30,302 bases of DNA from Macrostomum lignano (taxonomy: Eukaryota). Numbering within the stretch: position 1 is the first letter of the stretch; every line of letters begins with the position of its first letter. The stretch spans positions 1 through 30,302 of the forward strand of contig NIVC01000155.1 of assembly GCA_002269645.1 (NCBI GenBank), read 5' to 3'. Positions 23,601-30,302 of this stretch are shown piece after piece. A program made the translations under genes and the position numbers. Under the pieces are notes generated by a model. The model had not been told where the DNA came from and did no database searches. It saw nothing but the letters and a program-made list of their open reading frames with translations.

Positions 23601-26600
23601 TGCTGTAGAATGAGTGTCAGATGCTGTAGAATGAGTGTCAGATGCTGTAGAATGAGTGTCAGATGCTGTAGAATGAGTGTCAGATGCTGTAGAATGAGTG
23701 TCAGATGCTGTAGAATGAGTGTCAGATGCTGTAGAATGAGTGTCAGATGCTGTAGAATGAGTGTCAGATGCTGTAGAATGAGTGTCAGATGCTAGAATGA
23801 GTGTCAGATGCTGTAGAATGAGTGTCAGATGCTGTAGAATGAGTGTCAGATGCTGTAGAATGAGTGTCAGATGCTGTAGAATGAGTGTCAGATGCTGTAG
23901 AATGAGTGTCAGATGCTGTAGAATGAGTGTCAGATGCTGTAGAATGAGTGTCAGATGCTGTAGAATGAGTGTCAGATGCGTAGAATGAGTGTCAGATGCT
24001 GTAGAATGAGTGTCAGATGCTGTAGAATGAGTGTCAGATGCTGTAGAATGAGTGTCAGATGCTGTAGAATGAGTGTCAGATGCTGTAGAATGAGTGTCAG
24101 ATGCTGTAGAATGAGTGTCAGATGCTGTAGAATGAGTGTCAGATGCTGTAGAATGAGTGTCAGATGCTGTAGAATGAGTGTCAGATGCTGTAGAATGAGT
24201 GTCAGATGCTGTAGAATGAGTGTCAGATGCTGTAGAATGAGTGTCAGATGCTGTAGAATGAGTGTCAGATGCTGTAGAATGAGTGTCAGATGCTGTAGAA
24301 TGAGTGTCAGATGCTGTAGAATGAGTGTGTGCAGTTGTAGAATGAGTGTCAGATGCTGTAGAATGAGTGTCAGATGCTGTAGAATGAGTGTCAGATGCTG
24401 TAGAATGAGTGTCAGATGCTGTAGAATGAGTGTCAGATGCTGTAGAATGAGTGTCAGATGCTGTAGAATGAGTGTCAGATGCTGTAGAATGAGTGTCAGA
24501 TGCTGTAGAATGAGTGTCAGATGCTGTAGAATGAGTGTCAGATGCTGTAGAATGAGTGTCAGATGCTGTAGAATGAGTGTCAGATGCTGTAGAATGAGTG
24601 TCAGATGCTGTAGAATGAGTGTCAGATGCTGTAGAATGAGTGTCAGATGCTGTAGAATGAGTGTCAGATGCTGTAGAATGAGTGTCAGATGCTGTAGAAT
24701 GAGTGTCAGATGCTGTAGAATGAGTGTCAGATGCTGTAGAATGAGTGTCAGATGCTGTAGAATGAGTGTCAGATGCTGTAGAATGAGTGTCAGATGCTGT
24801 AGAATGAGTGTCAGATGCTGTAGAATGAGTGTCAGATGCTGTAGAATGAGTGTCAGATGCTGTAGAATGAGTGTCAGATGCTGTAGAATGAGTGTCAGAT
24901 GCTGTAGAATGAGTGTCAGATGCTGTAGAATGAGTGTCAGATGCTGTAGAATGAGTGTCAGATGCTGTAGAATGAGTGTCAGATGCTGTAGAATGAGTGT
25001 CAGATGCTGTAGAATGAGTGTCAGATGCTGTAGAATGAGTGTCAGATGCTGTAGAATGAGTGTCAGTTGTAGAATGAGTGTCAGATGCTGTAGAATGAGT
25101 GTCAGATGCTGTAGAATGAGTGTCAGATTGTAGAATGAGTGTCAGATGCTGTAGAATGAGTGTCAGATTGTAGAATGAGTGTCAGATGCTGTAGAATGAG
25201 TGTCAGATGCGTAGAATGAGTGTCAGATGCTGTAGAATGAGTGTCAGATGCTGTAGAATGAGTGTCAGATGCTGTAGAATGAGTGTCAGATGCTGTAGAA
25301 TGAGTGTCAGATGCTGTAGAATGAGTGTCAGATGCTGTAGAATGAGTGTCAGATGCTGTAGAATGAGTGTCAGATGCTGTAGAATGAGTGTCAGATGCTG
25401 TAGAATGAGTGTCAGATGCTGTAGAATGAGTGTCAGATGCTGTAGAATGAGTGTCAGATGCTGTAGAATGAGTGTCAGATGCTGTAGAATGAGTGTCAGA
25501 TGCTGTAGAATGAGTGTCAGATGCTGTAGAATGAGTGTCAGATGCTGTAGAATGAGTGTCAGATGCTGTAGAATGAGTGTCAGATGCTGTAGAATGAGTG
25601 TCAGATGCTGTAGAATGAGTGTCAGATGCTGTAGAATGAGTGTCAGATGCTGTAGAATGAGTGTCAGATGCTGTAGAATGAGTGTCAGATGCTGTAGAAT
25701 GAGTGTCAGATGCTGTAGAATGAGTGTCAGATGCTGTAGAATGAGTGTCAGATGCTGTAGAATGAGTGTCAGATGCTGTAGAATGAGTGTCAGATGCTGT
25801 AGAATGAGTGTCAGATGCTGTAGAATGAGTGTCAGATGCTGTAGAATGAGTGTCAGATGCTGTAGAATGAGTGTCAGATGCTGTAGAATGAGTGTCAGAT
25901 GCTGTAGAATGAGTGTCAGATGCTGTAGAATGAGTGTCAGATGCTGTAGAATGAGTGTCAGATGCTGTAGAATGAGTGTCAGATGCTGTAGAATGAGTGT
26001 CAGATGCTGTAGAATGAGTGTCAGATGCTGTAGAATGAGTGTCAGATGCTGTAGAATGAGTGTCAGATGCTGTAGAATGAGTGTCAGATGCTGTAGAATG
26101 AGTGTCAGATGCTGTAGAATGAGTGTCAGATGCTGTAGAATGAGTGTCAGATGCTGTAGAATGAGTGTCAGATGCTGTAGAATGAGTGTCAGATGCTGTA
26201 GAATGAGTGTCAGATGCTGTAGAATGAGTGTCAGATGCTGTAGAATGAGTGTCAGATGCTGTAGAATGAGTGTCAGATGCTGTAGAATGAGTGTCAGATG
26301 CTGTAGAATGAGTGTCAGATGCTGTAGAATGAGTGTCAGATGCTGTAGAATGAGTGTCAGATGCTGTAGAATGAGTGTCAGATGCTGTAGAATGAGTGTC
26401 AGATGCTGTAGAATGAGTGTCAGATGCTGTAGAATGAGTGTCAGATGCTGTAGAATGAGTGTCAGATGCTGTAGAATGAGTGTCAGATGCTGTAGAATGA
26501 GTGTCAGATGCTGTAGAATGAGTGTCAGATGCTGTAGAATGAGTGTCAGATGCTGTAGAATGAGTGTCAGATGCTGTAGAATGAGTGTCAGATGCTGTAG

Positions 26601-27790
26601 AATGAGTGTCAGATGCTGTAGAATGAGTGTCAGATGCTGTAGAATGAGTGTCAGATGCTGTAGAATGAGTGTCAGATGCTGTAGAATGAGTGTCAGATGC
26701 TGTAGAATGAGTGTCAGATGCTGTAGAATGAGTGTCAGATGCTGTAGAATGAGTGTCAGATGCTGTAGAATGAGTGTCAGATGCTGTAGAATGAGTGTCA
26801 GATGCTGTAGAATGAGTGTCAGATGCTGTAGAATGAGTGTCAGATGCTGTAGAATGAGTGTCAGATGCTGTAGAATGAGTGTCAGATGCTGTAGAATGAG
26901 TGTCAGATGCTGTAGAATGAGTGTCAGATGCTGTAGAATGAGTGTCAGATGCTGTAGAATGAGTGTCAGATGCTGTAGAATGAGTGTCAGATGCTGTAGA
27001 ATGAGTGTCAGATGCTGTAGAATGAGTGTCAGATGCTGTAGAATGAGTGTCAGATGCTGTAGAATGAGTGTCAGATGCTGTAGAATGAGTGTCAGATGCT
27101 GTAGAATGAGTGTCAGATGCTGTAGAATGAGTGTCAGATGCTGTAGAATGAGTGTCAGATGCTGTAGAATGAGTGTCAGATGCTGTAGAATGAGTGTCAG
27201 ATGCTGTAGAATGAGTGTCAGATGCTGTAGAATGAGTGTCAGATGCTGTAGAATGAGTGTCAGATGCTGTAGAATGAGTGTCAGATGCTGTAGAATGAGT
27301 GTCAGATGCTGTAGAATGAGTGTCAGATGCTGTAGAATGAGTGTCAGATGCTGTAGAATGAGTGTCAGATGCTGTAGAATGAGTGTCAGATGCTGTAGAA
27401 TGAGTGTCAGATGCTGTAGAATGAGTGTCAGATGCTGTAGAATGAGTGTCAGATGCTAGAATGAGTGTCAGATGCTGTAGAATGAGTGTCAGATGCTGTA
27501 GAATGAGTGTCAGATGCTGTAGAATGAGTGTCAGATGCTGTAGAATGAGTGTCAGATGCTGTAGAATGAGTGTCAGATGCTGTAGAATGAGTGTCAGATG
27601 CTGTAGAATGAGTGTCAGATGCTGTAGAATGAGTGTCAGATGCTGTAGAATGAGTGTCAGATGATGTAGAATGAGTGTCAGATGCTGTAGAATGAGTGTC
27701 AGATGCTGAATGAGTGTCAGATGCTGTAGAATGAGTGTCAGATGCTATAGAATGAGCGTTAGAGGCGTTTTAGAGAGTGTCAGATATTTA
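17642..27790. repeat. 21-bp satellite array (TGTAGAATGAGTGTCAGATGC)n, ~10.1 kb, roughly 480 units
   Basis: Continuous 21-bp period. It is the source of all the MSVRCCR, LILQHLT and SDTHSTA ORFs. Confidence 0.99.
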
Positions 27791-27814
27791 GAATCGCCTA
27801 GAATGCAACAAAGG

Positions 27815-28008
27815 AGCGCTTAGAGTTCAGCAGGGGCGCTTAGAGTTCAGCAGGGCGCTTAGAGTTCAGCAGGGGCGCTTAGAGTTCGGCAGGGGGCGCT
27901 TAGAGTTTAGCAGGGGGCGCTTAGAGTTCAGCAGATGGCGCTTAGAGTTCAGCAGGGGGCGCTTAGAGTTCAGCAGGGGCGCTTAGAGTTCAGCAGGGGG
28001 TGCTTAGA
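27815..28008. repeat. ~22-bp minisatellite (GCGCTTAGAGTTCAGCAGGGG)n, ~9 units
   Basis: Direct repeats with a G run of variable length. Confidence 0.93.
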
Positions 28009-28280
28009 CCAGGCTTTAAGCAGCCGACAAAGAAATAACAAGTTTAAGAGAACAGGTATTGATATTTTAATAATCGAAAACGAACAGAACGGAAGTAATT
28101 AAACGCTCGAACAGAATATATTTATGTTCAGAATTTTATATTAAATAGGCAAGATGGTTTCTAAATGAACGAACTGTTTGCTTAGGCAATATTGAAAAAA
28201 ATAAATCACTCTATAGTTGCTACGCAAGAGACTGCGCAGGTTCTTTAGAGCTATCATCATCAATAAGAGATCGGATCAGA

Positions 28281-29425
28281 TCAGAGGATTTGTGTCCTCA
28301 GTAGCGTCGCATTCATCCGTGCCAGCTTTGTCAGCATGGCTGCAGTGGCAGCGTCAGAGTTGGGCCTGTAAATCCGCGACTTGCCAACGGGAGCCAGCAG
28401 CATCAGCAGGATCATCTGAGCGGCGTCAGGCCAGCACAGTAAGCAGAGAAAGGCCAGACACCAGTTGCCCCTGGCAACCGACACGGCGTCGCCTGCAGCG
28501 AAGGGAATCCGGCCGAATCGAGGAGTTGTTGAAGCCGTCGAGACTCAGACCGGTTGAGACGTCCTGAAGGATAGCGGCCGCGACTAGCTGGCTGAGGATG
28601 AGGCTGTGAGAAGTGAGCAGAACGATGAAGCATGGGCGAGGCAGTCTGCTTGAGAAGCAGGCGTAGAGAGTTCCAGTGAGGCTGAGGCAGTGACAGAGCA
28701 GGAGGCCCACGGCCAGCAGAAAGATCGCTCGAAGGCAGTCCAGGTAGCGTTGGCCGAGCTGACTACCGTCGGAGGTCTCTGGCGAGCTGGGACCAGCGAA
28801 GGTCGATGAACCAGCAGTGGTCTGACGATGTGTTCTCCGCGACCTGTGTGAAACCATTTTGGACAAAAGTAAATGTTTATATTTAAATGGAGCCAATCGA
28901 CTCAATCAAATGAAAACGAATTCCCTATACCTTCACCGTCCTTATTTGTAGCATTGACGAAGCCAGCCAGAATCTCCAGCACGTTGCTCATTAGTTCAGT
29001 AGCATTGCTTGACAACTGCTGCTCTTGCTGTTCTTGCTTCTTCTCATCAGCTTGGCGCTCCACTTTGCTTGTCGAATTTATTGATTGAGTACGCTTCGAT
29101 CCTAGTGACTGTCGCGATTGCAGACATTCGCGAAACGCATTGGCGGTTCTGTTCCGCAGCAGAGGATCCTTACTTAGCGCCTCCTGTTGCTTGCGAATAT
29201 CTTCATTGCTGCTGCTGCTGCTGCTGCTGTTGGTTAGAAGAGCTCCGATTCTTTGGGAATCAACGTGAACAATTCTCCAAGCTGGTACAGCAGGACGAAC
29301 ACGTAGAGAAGAGTGGCTGCTACACATAAAGCCGTGATCAATGCCAGAATGCGCGACGTCCTTGACAGTCCAGTCGAGATGTGGTAGCCGCAGCCTTTTT
29401 TGTTGCGTTCAGCACTTGACGACAT
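28281..29425 (-). pseudogene. Multi-pass membrane protein gene, probably claudin/PMP22-like, interrupted by apparent frameshifts (pseudogene or consensus errors)
   Basis: ATG at 29425 is preceded by aaacaaaaagc. A TM-like segment RILALITALCVAATLLYVFVLL is followed, in another frame, by PAWRIV. A candidate 87-nt GT-AG intron spans 28930-28844. Downstream are LDCLRAIFLLAVGLLLCHCLSL and CFIVLLTSHSLILSQLVAAAIL, and then, in another frame, ARGNWCLAFLCLLCW...MILLMLLA to TGA at 28281. The family call is by eye only. Confidence 0.42.
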
Positions 29426-30139
29426 GCTTTTTGTTTCTGAGAATTTTTAGGTGCTTTCGTTTCGTAGCTACCTGAGAGTTGTCTGATCGAGAGTTGAATA
29501 TCAACTGGTTTTTGTTGTTAAACTTTTTTATTGATCGCTGTGTGCCGCTTCTTCCAGCTGAAGTCGTCGCTCATTGTCCTTCTCCTTCCATTTTTAACCC
29601 TCCCCAGAATGTACATTGCTCTTCTGTGGGGGGTCTCTTGGTTAGCCTTTTAGCTGCATGTACATCTTTCCATTGTACGGTTGGTTTTGATTTTCGTCCC
29701 AATCCTAGCAAGCCTCTGATTGGCCAGTAGGACTTTGATAAGAAAAGAACAGTTTTACTTAGACTTGTTTGATAAGGCGTTTAAATACAAATGCATGGTA
29801 GACTGGATGGAAGCGTTGCCTTATGCATTTAGGCTTCTACAAAAAGTACAAATGACTATTGCAATTAAGGCCGATATTTATTGCTGTTTATTTTTAAAGC
29901 AGAGATACTTCGTACAAATTTTGAGGGATTACCATCAATCTGGCCTTAGAGATCCTATTTTCTTGATTAACCCTTTATCGTCTTTGATTATTGCGCTTAT
30001 CCATAAACACACTCGAACACTTATCAATTGCCGTCAATTACGAGTTACTCCTTATCCATCCCTTATCACAGCACAATATTTATTACTTTCTATCCGTCCT
30101 TATTTACTACTGATTAGCTTGAATCCGTCGTTAATTACT

Positions 30140-30302
30140 CTCAAGCTATCCTTACTTATCCTCAATTCATCCTTAATTACCCTCAATCCATCCTTACTTA
30201 TCCTCAATTCATCCTTACTTATCCTCAATCATCCTTAATTACCTCAATCCATCTTATTAATCCTCAATTCATCCTTAATTACCCTCAATCCAATCCTTAC
30301 TT
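30140..30302. repeat. 21-bp minisatellite (CCTCAATTCATCCTTAATTAC)n running off the window end
   Basis: Direct repeats preceded by a degenerate lead-in. Confidence 0.88.

Noticed and set aside
17635-27664. Many long ORFs (MSVRCCR)n, (LILQHLT)n and (SDTHSTA)n, including one of 750 aa
   Set aside because: These are translations of a 21-bp satellite; the period is a multiple of 3 and the frame lacks stops. Frames break at random indels.
29720-30238. 172-aa + strand ORF
   Set aside because: It has no ATG start or recognisable motif, is AT-rich, and its C-terminus is translated minisatellite.

Overview
This is eukaryotic (animal) genomic DNA, and more than half of the window is tandem repeat. The main gene is a five-coding-exon nuclear receptor on the minus strand, join(13139..12017, 7517..7411, 7054..6907, 4056..3274, 1837..1689). 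It is 2310 nt and 769 aa, and I assembled it by hand from GT-AG sites whose phases all match. It has two tandem C4 zinc-finger DNA-binding domains: DBD1 with P-box CEACKK and DBD2 with P-box CEGCKG. This is the architecture of the atypical 2DBD-NR family first described in flatworms. A polyQ/H A/B region precedes the DBDs, and a degenerate, short ligand-binding domain follows them. Every intron carries its own micro- or minisatellite, several with higher-order repeats. Upstream are a probable 5' UTR exon (donor at 16179), a GC-box/G4-like 28-bp array and a ~10.1-kb 21-bp satellite. Beyond these is a frameshifted, probably claudin/PMP22-like multi-pass membrane gene (29425..28281, minus strand). 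Nearly all long ORFs in the supplied track are repeat artefacts. A flatworm source (Macrostomum-like) is my inference from the gene family and repeat landscape and was not tested.
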